64,000 nt of DNA, taken from Gnetum montanum (lineage: Eukaryota > Plantae > Gnetophyta). Positions 26,034 to 38,522 of the stretch are shown here, one piece after another (the first letter of the stretch is position 1; each line of letters opens with the position of its first letter). The notes beneath the pieces are model-generated. The model was not told where the DNA came from, searched no databases, and worked only from the letters and a program-made list of their open reading frames with translations. The stretch covers positions 248,001 through 312,000 of the forward strand of contig MNCI01002977.1 of NCBI GenBank assembly GCA_015680685.1, read 5' to 3'. Position numbers and translations under genes: made by a program.

Positions 26034-27368
26034 TTAAAAAATATCTCACCTAACTTCTCTCCCAAGTAACTTGGCCAACCAATTAGAAGGTTACTTGCCC
26101 AACAAGTTAGGAGGAAGTTATGTAGTTAGGGAGTTAGGAAGTTATACATAGAATTAGGAGAAATTTATGCTAACATTAATATTTATATTAAATGTAATGT
26201 GATAAATAAATATTTTAACATCAATATTGTAAATATTTTTGTGTGTAGTAACTTATATATAGAATAATGTTTTAAAATAATATTTTATGACTTGGGATAA
26301 TTAAAGGAAAGTCTTCTAAAATAGGGCTTCACACTATATGTACTTTATTAATGGTTGTTATATCTATATATATGTATATATGTAGATTAATTTGTAAGAT
26401 ATTTTAGTCACCCGATGCTTTTGTAAAATTATATACGAGTGGTAGTAATGAAATAATTTTACATATATCTTGGTGAAAGTGGCAGAGTTAATGAATGGGT
26501 TAAAATAATTTTTCTTTGTCTTCCCTGGTAAATTGCATGGATAATCGGCAACAGTTCCAAAATAGCAGGTGTAATTGGCTGGTTCATTTTCTCCTTTTTC
26601 TGCACAAAACCTGTAAAAACTGACACATGTTCTACCCAAGATCCGAAGTGCTATATCACCCAAACCATATGTTTGAACTTCCACCGCAAAATCGTAGCCA
26701 ACTGCCACCGCGAGAGAAGGCTTTGCCGCTGCATCTGGGATTTCTGTTTTGCCCCAAATTGGCTTAAGGCTTCCTAAGTTTTTGAATTTTTTCCTTGAAT
26801 TGTCACCACCATTGTCATTGATCATAGAACCAGGGGCAAATGTATTGTGGATCTGCATCCGCTGAAACTGCAGGAACCTTCAGAACCATTGCTGCCCGCA
26901 CAACTGAAACCGCTACGGCCTGCAACAAAAATAAAATCGAGGCCCCAACAAAACGTGACTTCTTTCTCCGTATATTGTGTGGAGAGGGTTTTGATTTTTT
27001 TTCAAAAATAATATCCTTGCATTTTTCCCTACATTGGCCTCAATTCTGTCCAAATTTCTCCACGCGATTGCTACCTAAAACCCCTTTTAAACTAGCTCAT
27101 CTGTGAAAGAAGGGCCTCCCACGCCCTCCACAAACTTAGGTTCAGCGTCTGGCGAGTCGGCAACATAGATCCGGTTGGTGCGTGGGCGCAGTCCAAAACG
27201 GCAAGCCAAAGGAATTGCCCCAAATCCACAACATTCAGTTCTGCTTTTTTTTTGTTTGATTTCATTTTTTCTCCGGCAGCATTAACAATGGGCCTTTGGT
27301 CATACATGAATTTGGATTTTCTGCAATACAGAAACCTTTACATCCTTTGATAATTTTAAATCCATGAA

Positions 27369-27595
27369 NNNNNNNNNNNNNNNNNNNNNNNNNNNNNNNN
27401 NNNNNNNNNNNNNNNNNNNNNNNNNNNNNNNNNNNNNNNNNNNNNNNNNNNNNNNNNNNNNNNNNNNNNNNNNNNNNNNNNNNNNNNNNNNNNNNNNNNN
27501 NNNNNNNNNNNNNNNNNNNNNNNNNNNNNNNNNNNNNNNNNNNNNNNNNNNNNNNNNNNNNNNNNNNNNNNNNNNNNNNNNNNNNNNNNNNNNNN
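27369..27595. other. Assembly gap (N run)
   Basis: Ns. Confidence 1.
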
Positions 27596-27643
27596 TGAAC
27601 AAAATATTCCAACTGCTTCATGTAATGGCCAAATGTGCGAACA

Positions 27644-29350
27644 ACTACATTATTGATGCAAGGGAATGCAAAGTGATACATGAAGGGTCGGATCTCCCCA
27701 GAGGGAAATGTGATGATGGTAGTGGCACTACCCCCTTATGAGGTTGAAGCATCATTGAAGTGTAAAACTACCGCAAAGTTTGTAGGCACTTGGATTATGC
27801 TATTGGAATGCTCATTTAGAAATTCTAGATCTATTGTTCTTTGATCGTCTATTGGCAAAGTTCTGAGTTTTGCAGCTATTTCTTGACCTTTTGTGGATGC
27901 TTTTAGTATGTAGTGTAGGTCAAAATTCGTGGTTATTACTTTCCACTATGTAATTCAACTACTTTTGTAGATGTTTGTAGTAATTTCCTAGAGTACATTG
28001 CTTTTGCAGATGATGTTAACCTGACTGTGGAAAAGATAATGCCTCCACTACTTAAGTGCGAAGACTAGGGTAAGGCAATTCTTCTCCAGATTGTTATATT
28101 TTTCTTCGTGGGCCACTATCGCATGGCTTAGGTAATAAACAAGGATCTTTGAGCCATCATCTCACTTTTGGCAAAGCATGAAAGTGATGGACATGTATAA
28201 GGTTGCAAGGTAAATGTAAAATGGCTTATCTCCTTCCATAGGGTAGACTATTGGAAGTTGAGCCAACTCCTTTTTGAGATTGTCAAATGCCTCTTGGCAT
28301 TAAGTTTTCCACTCAAAGTGGACCCCCTTTTTGAGCAGGTGTTGCATTGGCTGCAACTTATTAGTCAACCTTGCGATAAACCTATGAATTAATTGCAATT
28401 TTCCTTGTAACCCATGTAGCTCCTTAAGGTTTTCCAGTGGTGCAAAGTTGGTGATAGCCTTAGCCTTATTGGGGTTTACACATATACCTACCTCTGATAC
28501 TACAAAGTCTAACATGCAATTGGTCTTAACATCAAAGACACACTTCTTGGGGTTTAGCCTAAGGTCATGTTTAAGGCAACATTTGAGGACATGGTCTAAG
28601 TCATCTACATGGTTGCAAGCTACCTTGGACTTAACTGCTATGTTGTTGACATTGTCATTGAGAAAATCTAATAGATAATTAGTAAAGATATACATCATTG
28701 CACATTGGTAGGCTGCTCCCATGTTCTTTAGTTCGAAAGGCATCATTTTGTAGCAAACTATACCCCAAGGAGTCATGAAGGCCATGTTGAGCTAGTGCTT
28801 TGGGTTAATCTGAATCTGGTTGTACCCTGAGAACCCATCCATGAAGGATAACAAGGCATGACCAATCATAGTATCAATGAGTTGATCAATACTAGGCAAT
28901 AGGAAATCATCTTTGATGGTCACCTTATTCAAGTCCTAGAAGTCTATGAAAATATGATGTTGGAAACCCACTCTACATAGTCAACTACTCGGATGAAACG
29001 AGCCTTGTAAAGCTTGGTGATTTTAATGCAAACTGCTAATGCCACCTCAGGTTTGACCTTGTGGGCTTTTTGCTTATTTGGCTTTATGTGAGGATCAAGG
29101 ATAATGTTATGTTATATTATGCGAGGGTCCAGACCTAGCATGTTCTCATAGGAACATGTGAATGCCTTGACGTTATTGTTGAGGACTTTAGTGATGCTTT
29201 GTTTGAGTTGAGGCTCTAATAAGGAACTAAGTTTCAATGTCTTCACCTCACCTCTACTCATTACTATAGGGATTTCAATGAGGGAATCCTTGGTTATGTC
29301 ACTTACCTCTAGGTCTAGAGCTCTGACTAGATGGTTTGGCCAATCTAGAG
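27644..29350 (-). pseudogene. pol: E2 pol 5' part: RT, RNase H, aRH N-terminal half
   Basis: FTCSYENMLGLDP, SFMDGFSGYNQI, MTPWGIVCYKMMPFELKNMGAAYQ, LRLNPKKCVF, YHFAFPCINNVV. Confidence 0.95.
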
Positions 29351-29637
29351 ATGCCTCTAGGAATGCTACGTGTGTGTCATAAGCTATGAGCTTAAAGTCT
29401 AGGAATTCAGTGTTTATGCATCGCATGGAATCGCCATAAGGTGTAGTCAAAACCAATGGTAAATGAAGATGCTTGTATGTGCTCATGACACAATCCTACC
29501 AAGAATCCTACAAAACAACTAGAAAAATGTCAAGCCACACCTGTATTAATAAGGTAAAATGCATAAGATAAGGAAGACAATGCTATAAAAAATTCACCTA
29601 ACTATGTGATTGTGGGATTAGGTAAGCAAATGTGTAA

Positions 29638-29693
29638 ATCAATTTGGGGCCTTGGTAGACCATAGGATTGCCAGTTTAAGGTTGTAGAAGACC
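29638..29693 (-). repeat. Pseudoknot-motif array E (2 units) upstream of RT
   Basis: Plus strand atca-atttgg-ggcc-ttggta-gacc and gcca-gtttaa-ggtt-gtagaa-gacc. Confidence 0.65.
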
Positions 29694-30630
29694 ATGGGTT
29701 GTGTGAGATGCATTGGTTTAGGTAAGGCTGGGAAGGTTTTAAACATGGAATTTGGCTAGGTGTTTACTAGACAACCAAAAAAAATGTAGAAAATTTTCGA
29801 AGTCTAGGAACACTAGAATAGTTAGAAAACTTTTTTGACTCTAGGTGCTATGTTCATCTTGCGTTACACATGGGACACGGGACAATAGTCAAGTAAGTGA
29901 TGTGTCCATCACATTGGAATAATATAAATAAGAGTTTTTACCATAGTTAACTTGTCCTTTTTAAAAGTAAAAACAAGCAATCATTGAGTGTAGCACAACA
30001 AGAGCGAAGGGAGTTAGAGTGTAGTGACAAAGATGAAGAGAAAAAAAGTGTAACCACCAACCATGACATGTTGCAGTGAATGCCAACACCCCAACCTCAC
30101 CAACATGGATGAAGGAGAATGCACATTTAGGCTTCTTCCTAGGCATGCACAGAGGAACGAAGGGAGACATTGTCAGCTAGGTACAACCTACACTCTACCC
30201 TTATGGGGTTTTTGGTTTTAGGGATAGCCTACCCTAGGAAGGAACCACCATCGCCATTGTGGTTTCCATGGTGACCACAACTAAGAGGACTGGATGCATG
30301 TGGTTGACGGGCAAGATGAGGGTTTTCTATTTACTACGTGGGATGTAGGATAGGGCCAAAATGATTTCTATACATTTTTTTAAATTTTTTTTTGGCCACA
30401 GCTAAGATGACTACAACTTGGGACAAGAAGGGAGGAACAATGATGGATGTGGGGCTGAGGGTGAGCATAACACGTGGATGAGGTATCGTAGGAGGCAGGG
30501 GCATATAGGAAGGCCAAAAGACATGAGAACAGAGAGTGTAACAGAGTGGGTAGTGTGATTGCAAGGGTCACAGTCATGTCATGCCTAGATTTTTACACTT
30601 GGGAGTGCTTCGCTCTAATGTTAGCTTTTA

Positions 30631-30966
30631 TGAGTTAGAAAATTTTTGGATTTTTCCATTTGGAGGTTACACTCCCAAGAGCATGACAAAAAGTTAGAAA
30701 AATTTTAAAATTTTCAAGGGTTACACTTTGCAAATAGTGTAGCTAATAGTTAGAAATTTTTTGAAATTTTCAAGGGTTACACTTTGTGGGGAGCATAACC
30801 AATAGTTAGAATTTTCTTTTTGAAATTTTCAAGGGTTACGCTCTATGAGGAGTGTAACTAATAGTTAGAAATTTTTTAACATTTTTTCAAGGGTTACGCT
30901 CTATGAGGAGCATAATTGAAAGTTAAAAATTTTTAAAAATATTTTCAGAGTTAGAAAAATTTTAAG
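30631..30966. repeat. Tandem ~57-bp repeat (about 5 units) with GGTTACGCT-N8-AGCGTAAC inverted core
   Basis: Repeats of ttttcaagggttacRctYt..gagYRtaacYaatagttagaaa. Confidence 0.85.
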
Positions 30967-31149
30967 TGCAAATGTGAAATGGAGACATTAGTGCTATGCC
31001 TCATTGAGGACTAGGCACATCAGATGGGTATGTCGATGTTCCTTTCCTACAAGGTTCATGAGGGAAGCTAAGAGTTTTGCTAACATGCTAAGTATAATTT
31101 TGATGCATTTTTTTGTGTATCCAATGCTAACACTCCTCTTGTTGCTGTT

Positions 31150-33943
31150 GTGGCTATAGGGTATTAGTGAAGCCCATCCTCATTGTGGTGGAGGTATTCG
31201 GTATCCTATGTTGTATGAGCAAACATGTATCAAATGTGCTTACACCAGACATGTGTGTGGATTGTCAGGTAGTGTGGTTTAGATTAGGGACATGTGAGTT
31301 CTTGGAATTCTTGCTCCAACACTTTAGTGTGATGATGTGGTCACACTTTGCAGTGGAAGCGGTTGACATCATTATGGAAACATTCTTGCCTAGGGCAAAC
31401 CAGGGCATCCTAAGATTTATGTCTAATGAGCCCATTGCTAATGATGGAGCAAGGAGTTTAGGCTAAGGCCCTAGGGCCCTTAGGCCTTTATTAAGGATCT
31501 AGGAGATGCCAGAATTCCAATGATATAACAAGAACAACACCTTGTTTGTTGCTCAATAAATACTAACTCTTTTTCAGAACCCACTTGGGATAGTATATTA
31601 TGTTGAAGGGTGAGTCCTCTTACGATTTTCATACTATCTATTTAATTTTGGCTCACACGAGGATGCTAACTACTTATATCTATTACTAGATTTACTATTG
31701 GCACACTTGGCCTCCATGATGAGGAGGGGGCCTTGAACTTGAGCTGCACTACTCTACAGGAATTCTCATCCTTTGAGAATGTTCGTGTAATGATGATTCA
31801 ACAGATTGGCTCTAACATAGCAAAATACCATCATTGGTACCCTAAGGCCTATGGGAGGTGTCATACCTATGGCTGGTTGGATGCTGAGTGGGTGATCAAT
31901 GTTTTAAGCGTAGAGGAGGTTTCAGCCACACCACCACCATCTTGCATATCATTTGTGCCACATGAGTAGTGTATCATTTTTCTTATGCATTTGTTATTTT
32001 GATTTTCTCATGTTATTAACTTTAATTTCACCTATTGCAGTTGTTTTCACTTCAGGAGAGGTCATGATGGTGTGATAGGCTACACTGAGGCTACCCTCAT
32101 CATGAAATATGGTGATGTTGAGGGTTCATAGTGTTGGTTGTGCCATGAGGCTCTAGTGGAGTTAACTAGGAGGCTTTAATAGGTTGGGCTAATGGACCTT
32201 TTCCTGGTCCTTAGCTTGAGCATCCTAGTGGCCAAGATGGTTGCTATCATTAACTCCTATAGTGAGAGTGCCAATGACTTCATTATGTGGGCCCATGGTG
32301 TGTAGGTGGTTTTTGACCTTACGGATGATTTCTTTGTGAACCTCTTCGAAGTCTCCTTTGATGGCCCACCAGTTGCTAAAAATTCTGACAAAGAGATGGA
32401 CCACAGAGGGGAAGTTGAGGAGTTGCTAGGCACTTTTATGTCTTGCAAAGGAATACTCATCAAAGAAGTGAAACTACCTATGGTCCACCACCTCTACCCT
32501 ATCTTTCATGTGCATGCATTTCCAAAGCTACTCTCCAAAGGGAAAATTCTTAGGGTGGAGTAGGCCTAGATGATGAGGAATGTAATAGAGGAAGACATTT
32601 GGTACAATTGGGCATCTTACCTTGTTAGTGACCTATGTGCCAAAATTATCAAATTGTGCCATAGCCTCCAAGTGAGGTCACACATGCACTTCATGTTCTT
32701 CACAAGATGCTTGTGAAGGTTCGCAGAGTTCTTGGTTGTTCGTGAGGATGGATGATGGACAGTGTAGGATCACAAGTAGCTTTCCAAGCCATGGATCTAA
32801 CACCTATTCACTACCACATGATCATAGGATTTCCCAAAGGAAATTGGTAAGACATTTTTTGTAATGACTAGAGGCCACTTGGGATGATCTCACCACTCAT
32901 ATGATAGTGCAAGTGAAGCTCCAGTAGCTAACATCAAAAATGTGGCTAGAAGGGTATGACTCATTATTGAGATAGTGGGATTGTCTAGGACAAAAATTTA
33001 AGAAGTCATGCGCCACGGAGGAGCCTATACATGAGGTGGAGGAGAGTAGTAGAAAAATTTGGTTAAAGTTTTGTGATTTATGTTCAAAAATCACAAGTGA
33101 GTATAAATCATTGGATATAAAGGGTAAGCTAGTATGCAAAATTAGAGGACTTGTAGGCCTATTATAACTTCCTAGTGGCTTGTAACTAAGGGGACGATAC
33201 CTGGTGAATAGCTGAGATTGACTATGCTAGGTACTGGTTAGCCATCCATGGCAGAAATGAGGCCACCCAAGAGGTGATCGAGTAAGGGCTACAAGTGGAC
33301 CTACTAGCTAGAAAAAAACCAAGAGTGGAAGTATTACAATGCCAAAGTGTATCAATGGGATCAAATGTAAAAGAACCATAAACACCACTATAAGCAGGAA
33401 TGAGAGGCGTACATTAAAAGGTATCAAGATGAGTCCATGGAGCATCATTGCTACAACATGTTCCTTGGCACAATTGGTGCAATGCAGGCTTATGAATTAT
33501 TTTCCAGTAATGTAGTTGGTGAGTGGGACCTTAGAGAGACACATTGCTATGCCTTTGGGAGAGGTTTCTTCTATTATGTTTTCAACAGGGCCACCCTCAT
33601 GGATAGCTATGGATAAGGGAAAGACCCTTGCAAGTATTGACCTTGGCGAGGAGGATTGGACATAGCTATTAGAGGAAAAAATCCTCCAACTCTTGGAGGT
33701 GGGCCTTGGTGAGATGCTTCTAGATATGGATGCAGGTCCCTCTCAAGTTGGTTTGGTTTGAGTTGCTTTTATTTGCTTTGCGATAATTTTGCATGTTACT
33801 TATTTGTTAGCTAATTTATTATTTTATTTTGCTTAAAGTAGGTTCAGGGCAATGGTGCAGGCCCTAGCAGAGTAGTAGAGGAAGAGGAGGAAGAGGAACC
33901 CCAGCCCCCACCAACACCACTAGATAAGCAGCCCAAGATGTAG
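31150..33943 (+). pseudogene. E2 antisense, intron-containing accessory gene (homologue of the E1 gene at 1050-3600); 5' end uncertain
   Basis: Two protein blocks shared with E1 (IINS..F...G.....F.NLF.V and EI..A.YW..I...E..E....DL....K..WK); intron-like segments ending ttgcag at 32040 and aagtag at ~33841; acidic/Pro last exon ending KQPKM*. Confidence 0.7.
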
Positions 33944-34133
33944 CCCTATTGTTGGGCAATTTTTCATTTTTGACAATTTCTTGTTTTAGATGTACACTTG
34001 AACAATATATTTTATTGATAATTTAATGGAAATGTGATGATCATTCACATATCACTTTGTTGTATTTTATTTAATGTTGTGGAAATTTCAACCTGTGATT
34101 GATTGATAAGATTAGGCCCCTTGTGGACCCCAT

Positions 34134-34244
34134 GCTAGTTTAGGGCCGTGGCAGGAGGGCCGTTGCTAGTTTAAGGCCATTTTAGGCCATTTTGGGTTAT
34201 TACGCGAAGGAAAGTAAGTTGTTAGTTTTAGGCCTTAGTGGGTA
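34134..34244 (-). repeat. Pseudoknot-motif array F (3 degenerate units) downstream of gag-PR
   Basis: gcta-gtttag-ggcc-gtggca..; gcta-gtttaa-ggcc-atttta-ggcc; gtta-gtttta-ggcc-ttagtg-ggta. Confidence 0.65.
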
Positions 34245-34415
34245 TTTTTTAATATTTATTTATTTATATTTTTTTGATGCACAAAAGGGCTAAACAAGAC
34301 TGCATAAACTAAAGAAATGAAATAACTAATGCAAGATGCAAGCAACTACGCAAACATAACTGTACAAGAAAAAACACAAGGTGATCAAGAAAAGTGAATG
34401 AACTAAGGGGATAAC

Positions 34416-37400
34416 TTAGTCATGTAACTGTTTCTTAATCCTATGTGGATTAAGGGATGTGTAGGCCTTGGGAGGCATAAGGCAATACTCACCTAGACCT
34501 TCATTAGTTGTGCTAAAGGGTAATTCTAGCCAGAGAGCTCCCTTAGGGAGGTTGCTCATTTCATTTGGTTGCCCAGATGGATCAAGAGGAAAAAGTTGGC
34601 CTTCATCCCAAATAGGTAGCATGTCTTTAGAGAACTCTACTTTTGACCCTTGCTCTGCATCAATGTTGTTGATGATCAGAGGAGATACATTATCACCATA
34701 TATTACCACCTCTCCACCCTCATAGGATAGGTGGATCTCTTAATGGGCAGGTGAAGAGATGACCCATAATTGGGCTAGCCAGGACCTCCCTAGGATCAGG
34801 TTGAACTTGGGAAACTCTTCAACAATAATGAACTTATAAGTAGTGGGGAATTTCTCCCTTTCCATGAAAGCTATTGTGACCATTCCCTTCACAGCAACAT
34901 GTGCCTCATTGAAGGATTTTAAGCACATTGTCTTGGTTGGCTTGATCTGGTCAACAAGATCAAGTTTGTCAACAACTGGGAATGGTATGATGTTGGTTGC
35001 CACCTCATCATCATCATGCACCCTACAAATTTTGTACTACCCTAAAAATCATTAGAAATAGTGATGCATTAGTCACCTGACCCTTTTCAGGGTCAACCTT
35101 AACTAGCTCATCGTGAAACGTCAAGGGTGTTGACCTCGACTCTTGGGTTATGGGAGGAAGCATTACAGTGTGGATGGCTTTTTCATCCACTAGAATATCT
35201 TCCTTGATAGGAATAGAGGTCAACATGTGGACTAACGCTTCATAGTAAGCAGAGGAGGTCATTATTAGGTCATAGGCTTAGAGTTGTGTTCTTTCGTTTG
35301 AGAGCCTATTTAACCTATGCCAGTGCATCTAAGAAGTCTTCTCTACTATTTTTTGTTTTGATAGCCCTTTCTTATTCCATGTGACCCAAAATATAGATTG
35401 CTTGGGGAGGAGATTTGGCCTTTGCTTGTGCAGCAGGCTTCCAAGCCTCAATGCTTGTTTGTTGGCTGCTTGCACTTGCATTGGCATTCTAAGATGATGA
35501 GGCCATGGGGATGGTAGATAAGGGGATAGGCTTAGGAGGACCTAACTCCATATGTTTCCTAATCATCTTGTTAACAAGATGCTCATCGAGTCTATTAGGA
35601 TGAAACTTTGGGTGGGTAGGGTTTGTCACATTTTCCACAACTAGACCCCAAGTAGGAGAGGGGCCTACACATCGTGACATCTTGATGATAAAGGGTGTTT
35701 GGGTTGTTATTGCTATGACATGCTATGGGGCCCTAACCATGAAGGGCATTGTGGGTGCCCAAGGTAGTGCTCTAATGACAAAAGGGGTCTATAGTCTAGT
35801 TAATGTTAAGACCCTAGTGTTACCAGAGGGCACATGAACCACAAATGATTCATGCATTGGTTCTGCATCGTTATCAACACTGATGGCATTGATGATGTAG
35901 CCTGCACTGCTAGTGTTGAGGGGGTCTTTGCAGACCTTCATTAGTTGATTTTTTGGTCACATGGGATTGCTATTGTCAAGGATCAATTTACCTTGATCGA
36001 TCATGCACTGGATGTCATCTTTGAAGTCCAAGTAGCAGTTTGTATCATGGCCATGCAACTAGTGATAGTTGCAAAATTAGTCCAATCTAAAGTTTTTAGG
36101 GACTCAAGGCTTGTTCAACATAGCTACTGAAGGGTTTCTAAGGACCTTGCAATACCACTCATGGTGCTTGTGTGCATCCTTAGACATATGCTTATCCTAT
36201 ATGCATCCAATACAAAGCAACTAGTCCAAAAGATTGGAATAGCTTGATGGGTAATGGGGTATGCTTCGAGTGATCCTTGTGCTGAATGTTTGGCCTTGGG
36301 GCAACTTGCCCTATAGCCACTGGAGGTATGGACTGGTTAGTTCCCATAGTGCTAGAACCAGATACTTTGTTGTTGTTGGTCGAGGCCTTAGGTGCCTTAG
36401 CAATTGGTTTAGGGTTGTTGGGCTTGGCCTCATTAGCCATAGTTGCAACGGTTGCTATTGCCTTATCCTTTTTCTTGTCCTTTTTGGTGTGCACATTCTT
36501 ATAGGCCACATAGGCCAAGTACATACTTACCTTTGCTGCATCTTGGATGCTCTTTGTTCGAGCAAAGGCTTGGCTCAGGGAGTGTGGGGCTAGATAGTAC
36601 AATTTTGACTTAATTAAGTCATTCACTGCATCCTTAAAGATCGCCAAGAGGTGGGTTTCCATTATTGGCTTATGGATTTCATTGAGGGAAGTGCTACAAA
36701 TTTGTAGGAATTTTTGCATAGGCTCTAGAGGCCCCTACTTGATGTTCATTAGTTGGTCTTGGATGGCTTTGGGCTTTAGGTTATACTTAAAGTAGGTCAC
36801 AAATTGGCTGAGCAACTCTTCCAAAGTAGATATGGAAGCCCTAGGGTGTGCATGGTACCAGTCAAGTGCCTTGTCGATTAAGGACATGGTGAAAACATGG
36901 ATGATCGCATGTAGGAGTAGGAATTTAGAAAAAAAAGTTATGAGGTGGGCATTGGGGTCCCCCTCACCATTATATTTGCTGAACTAAGGAATTTGGACCA
37001 TAGGAGGAAAGGTCAGTGATGGGACCACAGGATTGATGGGGTCAACCTGGTAGAAGTCCATCACATGGACCATTTTGGAGTTAGCAGCTTTAAGCCACCT
37101 AACCTCCTTTGTTAGTGTTTGAATGAGTTGGAACACTTGGTCCAAACTTGGGGAAGATGCAATTGGTTATGCTAGTTGCATCTGAGCAGCCCATAGCCCT
37201 ACAGTGGGTTGTGCAACCACATGGGATGCTTGTTGCATTTGCAATTGCTGTGCCATAGGAATAAAGGTTGGAACCCACCACATGGTGGTGGATTGGGTTA
37301 TCATGTAAGGTGCCTACGAGACGGGTGGGATGAAGGACACCTGGCTCATGTGTGAGTGAGAGAAAGGCATTGTGTGCACATATGTTTGTGTTGGCATCAT

Positions 37401-37950
37401 GGATGCTAGCATAGAAGACTACGTAGGCTAGGTGGAGATGACAAAGGGAAAGGTGGTTGATGGTCCTACACCCTGTTGTGCATGCAGTACTTGGTGGCTT
37501 GTCATCATAGGCATGGACTTGGGGGATGAGAGTAATGTTGCTACCTCAAAAAAGGTAGATGACTATGATTGGTGTGGGACAAAACTGGAAACAAGCTATT
37601 AGAAAAAGGTGTAAAATGGGATACCACTCTCTGAATGAGCCTCAAATTTATCTTTTCTATCCTACAAGGGTTCATCATATTTTAATGCTACATCATGCTC
37701 ACTAGGTCCACTCACTCTAACGAGTTGGTCTAGTAACCACCAAAAGTTGCTAGTGAGTGAAATGAAAATGTCAGGTGTAGGAAGAAATTCTTTTCCTTTT
37801 CGATGTATGATCTCAAAGCTTTGCTTAGTGTCTAGTTCTTGGTGGTTCATGGATAGACCTACTTGAAGTTTCACATAGAGGAAGTTGTATTTTTCATCGT
37901 CGAGCGCCTTGTGCTTAGGTGGTTGGTTGCATAGTTTGAGTGACTACCAT
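34416..37950 (-). pseudogene. gag: E2 gag-protease ORF (decayed)
   Basis: FSKYNGEGDPNAHL..KALDWY gag core; FCNYH*LHGHDTNC knuckle; PR with LKSFN and FNLILGRSWL. Confidence 0.9.
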
Positions 37951-38500
37951 TGTGGTTATATGAGACTAAGTGGAGGATCAATTTCTACCACCTACTGGAT
38001 GGGGCGGGTCACCTCCATGCTTAGGAAAAAGGATGAAATTTGCGCAGAATTCATGCTACTATGTAAAAATGCAAGAAATGATAGTGTTGAATAGAAAATA
38101 GTTAAGTGTAGAGAACATTGGAAAAATAGCTAAGTATGAAAGATTGTGAAAACATGCCAAAAAATGAGTGACTCTGGAAAAACTATTAAAAAGTGGCTAA
38201 CTTTGGTGTTATGCTTGCTATGCTAGAGGTTTCTATGCTTAAGAACTTGTTAAGCTCTCTAGAGTAGCTAGAGTTTAACACAATGGATACACTTGGGTTT
38301 TCATCTTGTGGGGTTTCAAGGAAATCAACAACTAGGACCAATCTACACCAACTGAGTCATAGGCAACTCCTATGCCAGCCTATGATCCAACTATTGCTGT
38401 GGTAGGTCCACAGGGGTGTCACATCTATGCTAGCTTGAAACTAGTAACAGAGGTGCAGAAAGCATCTGAGACTGCCTTTGAACACAAAAGGAATGGGAGG

Positions 38501-38517
38501 CCCTCCTTCTAGCACCA
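38501..38517 (-). promoter_or_regulatory. E2 primer-binding site complementary to the tRNA-Asn(GTT) 3' end
   Basis: ccctccttctagcacca versus the plant tRNA-Asn 3' end CCCUCCUUCUAGCG-CCA recalled from memory (one transition); 5 nt from the LTR. Confidence 0.8.
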
Positions 38518-38522
38518 AAAAC

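Larger units (their letters stand above)
24917..27643. mobile_element. TG..CA insertion (solo LTR or small LTR element, partly unsequenced) inside E2 aRH
   Basis: Starts tgtt, ends aaca; 5-bp TSD ACTAC at 24912-24916 and 27644-27648; splits the aRH motif CINNVV/EYEG; retains CpGs. Confidence 0.85.

Noticed and set aside
25173-27741. Long ORFs in the ORF track
   Set aside because: Artefacts of N runs.
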